Shown here in pieces: positions 42,181 through 54,301 of a DNA stretch of 64,000 nt. The stretch is from assembly GCA_000004985.1 (NCBI GenBank), contig GG738912.1. The stretch is one strand, 5' to 3'. This DNA is from Naegleria gruberi (Eukaryota). The notes beneath the pieces were generated by a model, which was not told the origin of the DNA, searched no databases, and was given only the letters and a program-made list of their open reading frames with translations. Position numbers and translations under genes: made by a program. Positions within the stretch are counted from its first letter, which is position 1. Each line of letters begins with the position of its first letter.

Positions 42181-45100
42181 TTATGGAGAATCATCTTGAT
42201 ATTTTGGATCATACTCGAGGTAGGGTATTTCCATGTTGAGTTTGATTGGAAAGGTTTTGAAGAAGGCCAAATATTTGACAAATTCACCTTGATTAGTCTT
42301 ATTGTGAAGGAGGTAGGTTGGTTTGTGAGTTTCTGATAGAGATGGTGAGCTAACAATCCTTGTCATTGCTGTTAGTGAATGTGAATTAGTAATATAGCTG
42401 GTGAGGAAGTATCTGAATTTCATTCGAGGTATTCTATCAGGAGCTATGGATGAAAGTCGAGTGGTACGTCTTCTGAAATGAGTATTTGTAGTTTTCACTA
42501 TTTCAGATAGCTCTTCATCATTCTTTGCAAGTTTTTCAATAAAAGACCATATATTATACTCTGATTTCATATCTTCTAGGAATAGAGACATGATGGTTGG
42601 AATGAGTCTCTTTCTCATTAATTGTCCAATTAGTGAGGAGGATGTTTTCTCATCTCTCATATTCTCATCCTTCAAATTTACCAAAGAATGTATTTCCTTC
42701 ATTTCTGCTCTGATAGATTCCAAAATTTGATCATATGGAATAGATTCATAATCAAATACTGGTTCTATATCTTCATCTCCTCCCCATTGAAGCTCAACAT
42801 CCAATTCTTCTTCCTCTTCCTCAAAATCTTCTGGTGTTACCACTGAAGGTCTTGTATTCAAAATTCTGGCTTTTTCTGCCCTTTGAGCTTGTGATATTTC
42901 CTTGCTGTAGCCCTTCTTTTGTTCATCAGTGAATAGTGTTGCAAGATAAAGAAAATTGGGAGTTGAGGAAGAGAGCTCTTGATGAATCGACCGATATACT
43001 TCGAGGTCATTGTCCAATATTTCAAACTTATTGTCCTCCAAATATTCCAATAAACCATTCATGTTTCTATTAATAATATATTTGGTGATGCTAGGTTCAT
43101 GTTTTTGTTCGTATTGTTGGCAAAATACCATTACAGTTTTCAAATAATTGTGAATGTGTTTGTAAATTGTTGGAATAATCCATCCAAAGACATCAATACC
43201 GAATTCCTTATGAGATTTTTCCAAATAGAGGAATAAATGATTATCCAAGAAAAATTCCATGTCTGTAATTTCCTTTCGTTTTTGAATTCTCTTTTTCTGA
43301 ACAGTTTCCAGTTTCTTACTGGCAAAAGTATCAACATTTTGTTTCAGTTCAAACTTAGATTGAAGATCAACAGATATACTCTTCATTTCTTGATGAATGG
43401 AAGCAATTTCATCATTTAAACTCTTTAATTTTTCAGTAAATCTTTCGAGATTGGCTGTCAGTTGATCTTTGGAGGCTATTTCCAAAATTCTGAATAACAT
43501 GTCAACAAAATAACAAAAAATTTTAAACTAACCTGAACCACTTTTTGAATGATCCATTCTCTAACATTTCTAATTGTTGATCTTTTTGATTTTCTAAAGA
43601 ATCAATCAATGAAATCAAATCTCTGGATCTACTATTCGAAAGTATTCCAAAGAAGGTTTCCACCACATTAAACCAAACATTCAAAGAAAAACACACTGAT
43701 GACCTATAAAATAATTTTGGATGAGATAGCAAGGTTGATACAATCTTTTCCTTCTTCTCACGTTGTCTTGTTTTCTCCAGTGAAATAAATGTTGAATCTC
43801 CCAACGAAGAGGGCAGAATTGTCATGGCATCTACTTCTTCTCCATGCTTTTTGAGTAGTTTCATGATTTGATCGATAACTTGCTTCTCAGAAGTTAGTTG
43901 TACAAGTTTGGTCCTTGCATATATCAAACCCTCTACAATACAATCCTTGTATCCACTCTCCCTTTCCAATTGTCTTCTCACATCCTCAATATCCTTTATC
44001 TCAAAAGCTCTATCAACATTATTCTTCAATTGTTCATACCTTCTGAGAGGTTCCAAATAGAGAGCTTCTAATTTTGCCTTGATTGGATGAATTAGTTTAT
44101 CACTCGGGAAAAAATTGAAAACCTTATTAGCATACTTGTAATCTCTCTGAATGTATGCATCGTGCATTACTTTTGCAAAATGGATAACACCCTTACTAAT
44201 ACTATCCTCCGATAGGAATACATTATTAACTAAGTTCAGTCGGTTAATAAATTAACATCTAACATTTAGTTATACTACTCACATTCTCCATTTGAGCTTT
44301 TTAAAAAGAAAATATCATAATTCGATCCTTCAATGACATAATTGTTCTGACTCTGTCCAGCTTGAATATTGAGAGAGTACACCTTTTTTGAATGGACTAT
44401 GAGAGGTTTCGAACACCATACCGAAGAAATACTATCACAAAAAGCATAATCAACACCATTCTTTTCAATCATTATCATGTAAACATTCAATAAGTAAATC
44501 AATATTACTCACCAAATGAACAGAACACCATATGGAGAAATCCACATCATTACCCAATGATATATTCGTATCATTCTTCTTTACCATACAAAAGTAAGAA
44601 CCAGGTTCTAAATTCAATTCAATGGTCGTATCTAGAAATCGTTTTGATACATAGGTTCCATCATCAATTTGTAAATCATCTTCTCCGTATCCAAGAAATC
44701 TATAGTTCAGACAACGTTTTCCAGATTGATTTTTGAAAATATTTTCATTTAAACTAATGGTTTCCTTTTGGCATATTTCAATATCATAGGATGACTTTTC
44801 CGAGCACTCAACTACAACACGAATGTAAAACGATGTATTTAAAACATCTAGAGTATGTGCATTATCAAACAATTCAACCTTTTCCTTCAATGTATCGATT
44901 TTGTATTCGAATAAGAAACCTCCACTATTCGAAACCTTTTCCTGAGATATAGATATCCAAACTGGTTTGTTTTCCGATTGTTCAAACTGAAAATATCCAT
45001 AAGAAAAGGTTACATTTCTAATCCCTAATGAACTACCTTCAGCAATTAGTTTAATTTTATATGATCCATCACCCAACATTGGAAAATCATACAATGCCTC

Positions 45101-45277
45101 AGAATTTGCTTTTTGTTCCGAATAGTTTTCTCTCAACATTAGTTGGGAATAGTCGAAACCATCATAGGCTGATGTAGTATTGGGATTTACTTCACCAGCA
45201 ACAACTGCCTTTGATTTCTTCGAAGATGGCACATAGACATCATCGTTATTGTTACGTGAGTTCATAAACTTTAGCAT
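42181..45277 (-). CDS. hypothetical ~960-aa protein, 4 exons (N-terminal beta-rich domain, C-terminal helical region)
   Basis: Exons are 45277-44513, 44460-44283, 44169-43533 and 43489-42181, with GT..AG introns of 52, 113 and 43 nt. Joining them fuses four track ORFs into one frame (…WCSVHL | NGVDYAFCDSISS…SSNGE | L MHDAYIQRDY…KKWF R ILEIASKDQ…). I recognise no family. Confidence 0.45.
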
Positions 45278-45558
45278 TTTTTTGCTGTAATTTCAATAAC
45301 TCGTAGTTGATTGGTGACATATTTTGATATGATAAGTACGCTTCACTGAAATGTACTGAAATATTGGTGATGGGTTAGAAAAACCGTAGCATTTTCACTC
45401 TGCCAGACTTTTGAAAAAATGATACAACAATTTCTCATGCAGAAATCTAACAGCTGGAACGGGCAAAGAGTTTACAAAATAGTACATGAAATGTTGAATA
45501 TCCTAGTACCAACCGTTTTGATTTTTCATTAAGCTTTAGGTGTTTATTGAAATGTTTA

Positions 45559-48334
45559 TTATTTTGATAGTTCTAATAGGAAAGAAACCCCCAAAACAGC
45601 AAAAAAATAATAAACCATATTAGCAACAGGTTCTCTTTGATTTCTTGGAGTTGTTTCAATTGGATTGAGTTCTTCTTCCTTGCTTTCAGATTGTTCATCA
45701 ACTGCAACAATTGAGTTTTCAACTTGTTCTTGGAAGGATTTGAGTTTTTCTTCGTAAGAGTTGATTTTCTCAATTGACTTTTCGAAATTTTGTTTGAGAG
45801 CTTCTTTTTCTTTTCTTTCCTTTTCATTGTTGATTTTGGCAGAGTTTAATTGCTCTGAGAGTTGGTTGATTTGAGTTTTGAGAAGTTTGTTTTGATTCTT
45901 TTCAATTTCAAGAGAGTCAGAAAGTTGTTGAGTGGATTGCTTTTCTTTTGTGAGTTCTTCTTTTAAGTTTTGGGATTGTTTAGTTAATGAGTTTGATAAT
46001 TCTTGAAGCTTTTCCTTCTCAGTTTTTGAGAGGGATTCGTTTAGTTTCTTCTGATAAATCAAATCTTTTTGAAGAGATTCTAATTGTTGGGTGAGAGCAG
46101 AATTTTGTTGTTCAAGCTGTTTGGCATTTGACAAATCCTTCTCATATTGAGAAAGTTTGTGTTCCACTATTTGCTTTTCTTCTTTCAAACTGGTGAGAGA
46201 TTTCTCATGATCTTCTTTCAAATTACCAATTTGATTTTCCAATTCTGATTTTTGCTGCCTTTGTTTCTTCAAGTCTTGTTCCATCTGGTTGATTTTTTCT
46301 TCAAGTTGACTTGTAGAGTTATTACTTGTGGACTTTAAACTCTCATTTTGTTTCAATAGAGATTGATTCTTTTCAACCTCTTCCTTTAGCTTGTTTTCAA
46401 TATCAAGTTTTTCATTGGTCAGTGTTTCAATTTGTACATTTAAATCCTTGTTGGAAGATTGTAATCTTTCAACTTGTTCTTTTTCATTTTCATACTTTTG
46501 AGATATTTCTTCAAGATTTTTCTTCGCATCATTTAGTTCATTTTCAATCTTTTTCATAGATTCGGTATGTTGTTCAATGTTGTGAGAAAGTTCCTTTTGT
46601 AATTGATTATATTTTTCTTGGAGAGCTTGGTTTTCTGATTGCTCCTTTTCTAATGCCTTACTGGTCTGTTCCTGAAGTTCCTTCAAGCTCTTGAATTGTG
46701 TTTGTAGAGAGGAAACTGTCTCATCAACTTGGGAATTGCTTTCTTTTGCTACAATTTCCAACTTTTCTTTCAATTCCAACTCAACAGAATTCAATCGTTC
46801 AACTTCCCTTCTCAAATCATCAACAGAGTTATTTGAAATGATTAATTCAGATTTAACCGATTCTAAATTATTCTTGAGAGATTGTTCAGTTTCTCTAATC
46901 TTTTCAATTTCTTCCTTTTCCTTTTCTAATTGATTAGTTGCTTGAGAAAGTTCCTCTGTGAGTTTTTCCACTTCTTGAACAACTTTTTGCTTTTCTTCAA
47001 TAAGAGTTGTCAATTTTTGTTCAGAATTTTCCTTCACCTCATTCAAAGATTGTTCAACAGCTTCGAGTTGTTGTTTCTTCTCATTGATATCAATTTCCAA
47101 TTTACTGCACTCTGCCAATTTCAATTCTAACTGAATATTCAAATTAGAGCAAAATGGACAGGTTTTTTCATCGTGCAACAATTCAGGAGCATGTGTCAAT
47201 ATCACAGGAGGTTCTTCCATTGACAAACTGTGAGATAATCTAGGAGACCTTGGTGATCTTGGAGATTTTGGTGAGACAGGATTTGAGGCAGGTGTTCCTT
47301 CTTCAGCTGATGGCATCAACTCTTCTCCTTTTTCTTTGAAATATGAAAGGTAGGTCACTATGTTATTGAGGTATATAAGAAACTTGAAGAATGAAATTGT
47401 ATTACTTACACATGGAAAGTTTCTCAGGACCCTTCTCCAAAATATCCGAATCAATCAAATTTGGAATTTCCAATTGATCATTGGCTACACTAACCAAATG
47501 TTCATTAATTTCTGATTTTGATTTTGTGGTATTAATAACATCTCTTTCATAATTAAAATATTTGAACATTTCTTCCAAATCATTTCTAAACTTTTCCTTC
47601 ATGAGTTTGTCAATAACAGCACCAAGTGCTTTGCCATCAGACCAACTTGATGAGATATCACCAACAGAGAAACCATACTTTTCAGTATATTCTGAGATAA
47701 TGTCTTGTACCCAATTTAACATGGATTTTTCAACTGAAACTTTTCCCTTAGTTGGCGATTCCATTACATCTGATTGCTCATCTGATGAAGAGTTGATTTG
47801 ATAGAATAAAATCATTCTCCAGACGAGAGCAAGACAAATTTTTAAATTTCCCTTGTGCTGATTCAATGAATTTCATGATGTTTCGAATAAAAACTTACAA
47901 TTTCGTCTGAGGTGATACCTGTGAGGTTTATGCCAGATTGGGCCATAGAGTTCAACGCTAGGTTGATATTTTCAATCATTTGAATAGGAATTTTAGGTTT
48001 CTTATTCATCTTGGATGACAAGGTAGTTTCGGATATAGAATTTTGTTTCTTTTTCTTTTTCTTTGTCTTGACCTTGGATTTTAATTGGTCCAAAAGATAA
48101 CACAAATTAACTCCATCAACAAAAGCACTAGTCAAATCCTCTACTGTAATGTTTTCTTTTCGTAATTGAACATTAACCCATTGTGTAAATGTCTTATCCG
48201 AAATAATTAGAAACTAAACTATTCTAACTTACCACATGTTGCACATCGACCCAATTACTATCAAACTTGGATCCTCTTGGAGTAGTTGGCGTGCCAGTTG
48301 AATTAATCTCTTCTTGCAATAGTATGTGGGCCAT
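45559..48334 (-). CDS. actin-binding domain (CH1-CH2) + long coiled coil + C-terminal transmembrane anchor protein (interaptin/nesprin-like architecture), 4 exons
   Basis: Exons are 48334-48233 (MAHILLQEEINST…VQHV), 48192-47899, 47776-47410 and 47357-45559, with introns of about 40, about 122 and 52 nt. Exon 2 encodes CH1 (FTQWVNVQLRKENITVEDLTSAFVDGVNLCYLLDQL). Exon 3 encodes a CH2-type motif (SMLNWVQDI…SSSWSDGKALGAVIDKL). Exon 4 encodes a Pro/Ser-rich linker (SPKSPRSPRSPR), a ~500-aa heptad-repeat coiled coil and a terminal hydrophobic anchor (MVYYFFAVLGVSFLLELSK*). Confidence 0.6.
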
Positions 48335-48797
48335 TTTTTAATATTTATTTAAATGTCTCTTCACCAATCTTCGTATGTGTGTGTTGACAGGCGAAAGAAT
48401 TTTCAAGTTTAACAGCCCATTCATTAAAACAACCATATCTTTGACAAGAATGGAAGAATCATTTTCAAAAAAGTTGAGTGCACCGTTATTTTGATAAGAG
48501 CACTCTCATTACAATAAATTTACAAGATAAAATTACAATCTTTTCCTACTGAACATCAACGTTTGTCAGAGATTCAGTATAGTTACTTACCTTCATTGTC
48601 TCCTATGATGTAAAGTTGATTGGTTAGAGGCGAACAATCCATGGTCATGTTCATGACAGGTTTTGTTTTTAGAGATAATTATCCCTGCATTTATGAACTG
48701 GACGAAAATTGGCACAATTATGACACACTCAACCACTTTAAAATAACAAAACAGTAAAAAGAGTTAATTTCAGCCTTTTACATTATCATTTCATTAC

Positions 48798-49607
48798 CTA
48801 TGCTTGAGTATTGTTGTTTTGCTTTGATGCTTTTCTCAATATAAGTACAATGACAACCACAACAATAATCCAAATACAGAAACAACAAACAACACCTAGT
48901 AGTGATCCAACAACGGCTCCAGCTATAGCTCCCGCTTTTCCATCTACTTTTGGTTGTACATTATTCTCTAGTAATACAGAAGGACTACAAACTTTAGTGC
49001 CTGTTTCGTCACATCTCAGATAAATGAAGTATTGGTATGCATCTGGCTTATCAGGTAGTATTGTTTCTCTTGAGAATGATGTAAATCCGCTAGTTGGTTC
49101 TAAAACTGTGCTGGGAATTGTTGGAGAGGAAATAATCTTTAAAGTCATTTTGTCAGATGTGGTAATTCTGAGCTTGTAACCATTTGGTTGCTTGTATCCT
49201 GGATGTGTGTACATTTCAAGTCTGGAGGAAGGAATTTTAGGGGAGTACCAATCATTTCTGCTCATATATTTGAAAACTCTGGTAACTTGGAGAGTGGTGT
49301 ATGTCTCTGAGGTGGTGCCTTCATTGTATAGAACAAAGTTAACATCACCACCACCCACATTCAGCTCATATTCATTTTCAAAGTAGGCACGAGAGGCAAG
49401 ACGAACAAATTTCGAATAGTCTAAAGTAGGGCCTGGAACATATCCAAAACTGACGAGCATAGACGAAGCTTTAAACTCATAGCTGTATAAACCATAGCCA
49501 GAGAATGTTCCAACATTAACAAATGATTTGGCAGCAATAGATGTTTGACTTGCCACTAATTGACCAAGCAATAAAACAGTCAATGATAGAAGGTATTGGC
49601 AGTTCAT
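48798..49607 (-). CDS. type I membrane glycoprotein (signal peptide + single C-terminal TM)
   Basis: ATG at 49607. Signal peptide MNCQYLLSLTVLLLGQLVAS, a beta-rich ectodomain and a TM segment GAIAGAVVGSLLGVVCCFCIWIIVVVVIVLIL, followed by a short basic tail. Confidence 0.4.
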   Translation of the reverse strand: MNCQYLLSLTVLLLGQLVASQTSIAAKSFVNVGTFSGYGLYSYEFKASSMLVSFGYVPGPTLDYSKFVRLASRAYFENEYELNVGGGDVNFVLYNEGTTSETYTTLQVTRVFKYMSRNDWYSPKIPSSRLEMYTHPGYKQPNGYKLRITTSDKMTLKIISSPTIPSTVLEPTSGFTSFSRETILPDKPDAYQYFIYLRCDETGTKVCSPSVLLENNVQPKVDGKAGAIAGAVVGSLLGVVCCFCIWIIVVVVIVLILRKASKQNNNTQA

Positions 49608-50378
49608 GATGATTTTTTTTTTGTGATGAAAAGTCATATCGATCACAATCCTAATTTTCACAAATTAAGAAAAAAAATATTTTACAATAGTGTTAATAGT
49701 CCTGACATAGTGCACTCTTTCGAATAAAATAGAAAAGCTTTCCAAAAAGATGAGTTTGGCCGTATCACTTCACTTGTCTGATAATTCACTGAAAAATTGG
49801 AGTAACATTGATTGGAGCGTTTACATCCTTCATACTTTGAACCATTAATGGATGATTGTTCACTTCCTCATTAACCCTTTATCTAGATATTCTCCAAGAT
49901 GACATGATTCTTTTTTCTATGGATTTTATTACCAATGGGGCTTACATATTCGAGGATGCTGAGCGAGTAATGGTTTCTTTCCAGATTACTTAAGTTATTT
50001 CAATTCCATCAATCCACCAGTATTGAATGTTGTGTGATACTAGGGACTTTATTAAGGTAGGAATGAGAGCAAGTGTTTCTTTCAGAATCTCAAATCCAGA
50101 ACCTTTTCCCATTTCAATCAAAACCACGAAACAGACTGCACAGGCCTCAACTCAAAAAAGAATTCAAGTACAAACAAAATGCCAATCTTCACTCAAGGAA
50201 ATTGAAGCAAAAGCCGAAGCAACATCTAAAAGGAGAAATACCAACTTTTGATTCCTTATCGATCAACGCTTCAATCTGAAAGAGTATTTAATCTATTCAA
50301 ATACTATCATCGGATTAAGCGCACCAACAATTATTCAAATTGAATTAGTTAAAAATCCATAAAAACATCTTCAAGAAA

Positions 50379-52100
50379 ATGATTCAACGAACAACTGTCT
50401 ATTATAAGAAACGACTTTTCAATACTTTTCTTATCGGTTCTTTGAAAAGATTTCAATTCTCTTCTTTTCATATTTCTAATTGCAACCAATTGGAATCCCA
50501 AACATTGAGTGCTGATCAATCCAAATGTCCTTATCACAAAACCGATTCAACGAAACAAGCCACTCTCCAAAATTGCAAATCTATTGATGAAATGCCAGGT
50601 CCTAAGAGATTACCACTTATTGGAAACTTGTTAGATTTAATTAAGAATGTAAAGTCAAATGCTGGTCCTTATTTTCTTTCATTGTCGGAACAGTATGGTG
50701 ACTTGGTTAGATTGAAAACCTTCAACAATGATCTTGTGATATTATCAAATCCAGAGTTGATGGGTGAATTATATAAGAAGGAAGAAAAGAGGTCAACCAT
50801 TCAAAGTTCAAGAAAGTATAAGCTGGAGAGAGGAATTCCTTTGGCTCCAATTGAAATGCTCTATGAGGAACCATGGCAAGAGACTAGACAATTGTTTAAC
50901 ATTGCCATGAAACCAGAATTCCAAGATCAAGTCGTAATTCCTCAATTGACTCAATTGAATGGTGAAATGATAAGAAGATTAATTAAATACTTAGAACCAA
51001 CACAAGATCCAGATAAATTCAGACTAACGGATAGTGTAAACGCCATTTCAAGATATGGTTTCGATGCAGTAATGGCTGTTTTTCTTGGTGTTAAAATGAC
51101 CGATGATATTACAAAAACATTTCCATTTGAAATTTCAGATTTTGTAAAGTATTCAGTTGAGTCATTGGATGTAATAATTAGATTATTGACAAAACCATCC
51201 CTGTATCAATATTTTAAAACAAAAGAATACAAGAGAATGGAATTTACCTATGAAAAATCATTCGAATATGCAAATTATGTAATGAACAGGTTTAAGGTCA
51301 ACCCAAGCGAAAAGCCAAGATTGTATGAACTGCTAATGGAACGTTCAAAGAATGAACCAAATCCTGAAATTCTGGTTCAATCAGTTATGAATTCATTCCT
51401 TCAAGCTGCAATCGACATTACAATGACAATGATGAGTCATGTCATGTACAGATTAGCTCATCATCCAGATTACCAAAAAAAACTTTACAATGAGCTATTA
51501 GAGGTATTTGGAGAGCCAACTTTAGACGAGGTTACTTCAGAGAACGGTCTAGTAGTAAATGCAGAGCAATTCAAGAAACTAAAGCTCACTAAAAACTTTG
51601 TGGAAGAAGTTTTACGCCTCAATCCCTTTGGATATGCTTCCAGTGCAAGAATACTCAATAACGATACAGAACTGGGAGGATATAATATTCCAAAGGGTAC
51701 AACAGTTATTGCACTCCAAAGACGTGCTTGTTTGAGTGAAGAGTTTGTGCCACGAGCTCAAGAATTCATTCCAGAAAGATATGAGAGAAATTCACCATTG
51801 GCAATGAAGAGTTCATTTGTAAGCAGTCCATTTGGTGTTGGTGTAAGTTTTCTATCAATTGCTTCAATTAACTTGCGAATTAAGGCAAGAAAATGCCCAG
51901 GTAGTAGAATTGCAACCTTAGAACTTTGCATGTCAATTGTCAACACTGTCAGACATTTCAAACTTTCCTTAGAGGAAAAGGAATTCCCAGAAATGAGCAC
52001 CGATCGTTCCTTACTCTACATTGACATGCAAAAGCATCCACTGATCTTCTCTCCAAGATCCCATCTTACTGATTATTGCAAATCTCAAAAGAATTTGTAA
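50379..52100 (+). CDS. cytochrome P450 (mitochondrial-type presequence), at least 2 exons
   Basis: ATG at 50379. Shows PGPKRLPLIGNLL, EVLRLNP, FIPERY and the heme-binding signature. The heme motif is split by an in-frame 42-nt GTAAGT..AAG intron at 51843-51884. Splicing gives PFGVGARKCPGSRIATLE, which fits FGxGxRxCxG. Confidence 0.8.
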   Translation: MIQRTTVYYKKRLFNTFLIGSLKRFQFSSFHISNCNQLESQTLSADQSKCPYHKTDSTKQATLQNCKSIDEMPGPKRLPLIGNLLDLIKNVKSNAGPYFLSLSEQYGDLVRLKTFNNDLVILSNPELMGELYKKEEKRSTIQSSRKYKLERGIPLAPIEMLYEEPWQETRQLFNIAMKPEFQDQVVIPQLTQLNGEMIRRLIKYLEPTQDPDKFRLTDSVNAISRYGFDAVMAVFLGVKMTDDITKTFPFEISDFVKYSVESLDVIIRLLTKPSLYQYFKTKEYKRMEFTYEKSFEYANYVMNRFKVNPSEKPRLYELLMERSKNEPNPEILVQSVMNSFLQAAIDITMTMMSHVMYRLAHHPDYQKKLYNELLEVFGEPTLDEVTSENGLVVNAEQFKKLKLTKNFVEEVLRLNPFGYASSARILNNDTELGGYNIPKGTTVIALQRRACLSEEFVPRAQEFIPERYERNSPLAMKSSFVSSPFGVGVSFLSIASINLRIKARKCPGSRIATLELCMSIVNTVRHFKLSLEEKEFPEMSTDRSLLYIDMQKHPLIFSPRSHLTDYCKSQKNL

Positions 52101-52334
52101 AGTTATTGTAAAGATATCTGTAAGTGAATTGTTTGAATTATGTAAACTCATCTTTCAATGTTTCAATCACATAATACTCCTCACTTTAAGATATTGGGAT
52201 TGTTAAATAAATGAAGCTTTACAATGTACGGTGGCCTTAAATATCAACAAACCCAAATCCCTACAAAGAATCTTAGTTAGTCTAAAGATTTGGACTCAGG
52301 CTGTTATTGATATAAGAGACATTAATAAAGTTTC

Positions 52335-53560
52335 ACGTTTTATTCTTCACCAATTTCATTGTGACCAATATTAAGTGATGTTAATTGTTTCATTTCACTT
52401 ATGTATTTGGATCCTTCTACACCGATTTCATTGTAATGTATATTAAGTGATGTTAATTGTTTCATTTCACTTATGTATTTGGCTCCTTCTACACCAATTT
52501 CATTGGAACAATATTAAGTGATGTTAATTGATTTCATTCCACTTATGAATTTGGCTCCTTCTACACCGATTTCATTGTAATCTATATTAAGTGATGTTAA
52601 TTGATTCATTTCACTTATGTATTTGGCTCCTTCTACACCAATTTCATTGGAATATATATTAAGTGATGTTAATGATTTCATTCCACTTATGAATTTGGCT
52701 CCTTCTACACCGATTTGATTGTGACCAATATCAAGTGATGTTAATTGTTTCATTTCACTTATGTATTTGGATCCTTCTACACCAATTTGATTGTGACCAA
52801 TATTAAGTGATGTTAATGATTTCATTCCACTTATGTATTTGGCTCCTTCTACACCGATTTGATTGTGACCAATATCAAGTGATGTTAATTGTTTCATTTC
52901 ACTTATGTATTTGGATCCTTCTACACCAATTTCATTGGAATATATATCAAGTGATGTTAATTGTTTCATTTCACTTATGTATTTGGATCCTTCTACACCA
53001 ATTTCATTGGAACCAATATCAAGTGATGTTAATTGTTTCATTTCACTTATGTATTTGGCTCCTTCTACACCGATTTCATTGTAATGTATATTAAGTGATG
53101 TTAATGATTTCATTCCACTTATGAATTTGGCTCCTTCTACAAGATTTGATTGTGACCAATATCAAGTGATGTTAATTGTTTCATTTCACTTATGTATTTG
53201 GCTCCTTCTACACCAATTTGATTGTGACCAATATTAAGTGATGTTAATTGTTTCATTTCACTTATGTATTTGGATCCTTCTACACCAATTTGATTGGAAT
53301 ATATATTAAGTGATGTTAATTGATTCATTTCACTTATGTATTTGGATCCTTCTACACCGATTTGATTGTTACCAATATCAAGTGATGTTAATTGTTTCAT
53401 TTCACTTATGTATTTGGCTCCTTCTACACCAATTTCATTGTAATATATATCAAGTGATGTTAATTGTTTCATTCCACTTATGTATTTGGATCCTTCTACA
53501 CCAATTTGATTGTCAGAAATATCAAGTGATGTTAATTGGTTCATTCCACTTATGAATTTA
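52335..53560. repeat. tandem array of ~17 near-identical 72-bp units (coding RI-like LRRs on the minus strand)
   Basis: The unit is …ttcatttcacttatgtatttgg(a/c)tccttctacacc(a/g)atttcattg(t/g)aa..atat(t/c)aagtgatgttaattg…, repeated head-to-tail. It encodes LTSLDIGHNQIGVEGAKYISEMKQ on the minus strand. Confidence 0.8.
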
Positions 53561-53769
53561 AGTTTATCTGAAGAGTTAAGCAAGCCACAAGAAAACTTAA
53601 CATTTACAATACTATTCATGAATTGACTTTTCATTAACAATTCAATTCTTTTTTCTGTTAATTGTTTTGTAAATTGAATAACAAGTTTTGAACGATCCTT
53701 TATCACATTAAACCATTGTTTTGAAATTAAAGAACAATTATTCAAAATAAACCACGAATCATCAATCAT
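52514..53769 (-). pseudogene. RI-like LRR protein gene with F-box-like N-terminus, reading frame broken at least twice inside the repeat array
   Basis: The N-terminus (…FSDDVCFEIICMIDDSWFILNNCSLISKQWFNVIKD) is homologous to gene 23480-24667. The ORFs 53137-53769 and 52514-53113 are separated by a repeat copy lacking 2 nt (ctacaagatttg versus ctacaccgatttg). A further 1-nt loss near 52510 shifts frame again, and repeat copies continue to about 52335. No ATG-initiated in-frame 5' end is found. Confidence 0.5.
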
Positions 53770-54301
53770 GCAAATAATTTCAAAACAAACATCATCCGAA
53801 AATATAACATTCTCTATTAATTAACAATTCAATCCATTAATTATTATTTTGAAAATAACCCTTCGATAAAATACCAACCTTCTTCTTGTTTTACCTCCAT
53901 CGCGATGATAATTGATGATAGCTGAAATATTGGTAGTTTTTTATGATTGATATCACAAGCAACGATACCAACAGGAAACAATTAATACTTGTTACAACAA
54001 TTCTTGATGTTCCGTCATGTTCTAAAATAATAATTATAAATTCACTATTAACTTAAAATTGAATAAAGGTTTCAAATTAAAAGCTAAATAAAATTGACAG
54101 ACCAACAACCATCTTACTGGACTCTTAACAAATTGATGTTTTAATGCGATTGATGGAGCATAGTGCCTAGTTTGTAATATTGAAGGAAGGCCCTAATATT
54201 GATTGGAGTATTAAGAGGAATTGATGTTATCGTTTTTTAAAAAAAGCTTTTAGCTTTTAGACCCAATAATAATTTAGATTTCCATCACAGCCCGACAAAA
54301 A

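Noticed and set aside
52807-53555. Plus-strand ORFs 52807-53094 and 53310-53555 with repetitive hydrophobic sequence
   Set aside because: They are antisense readings of the 72-bp LRR tandem repeats. The periodicity belongs to the minus-strand coding repeat.
52335-53560. Regular short tandem repeats that could be mistaken for a CRISPR array
   Set aside because: The units are contiguous with no unique spacers. They translate into canonical 24-aa leucine-rich repeats in a eukaryotic, intron-containing context.
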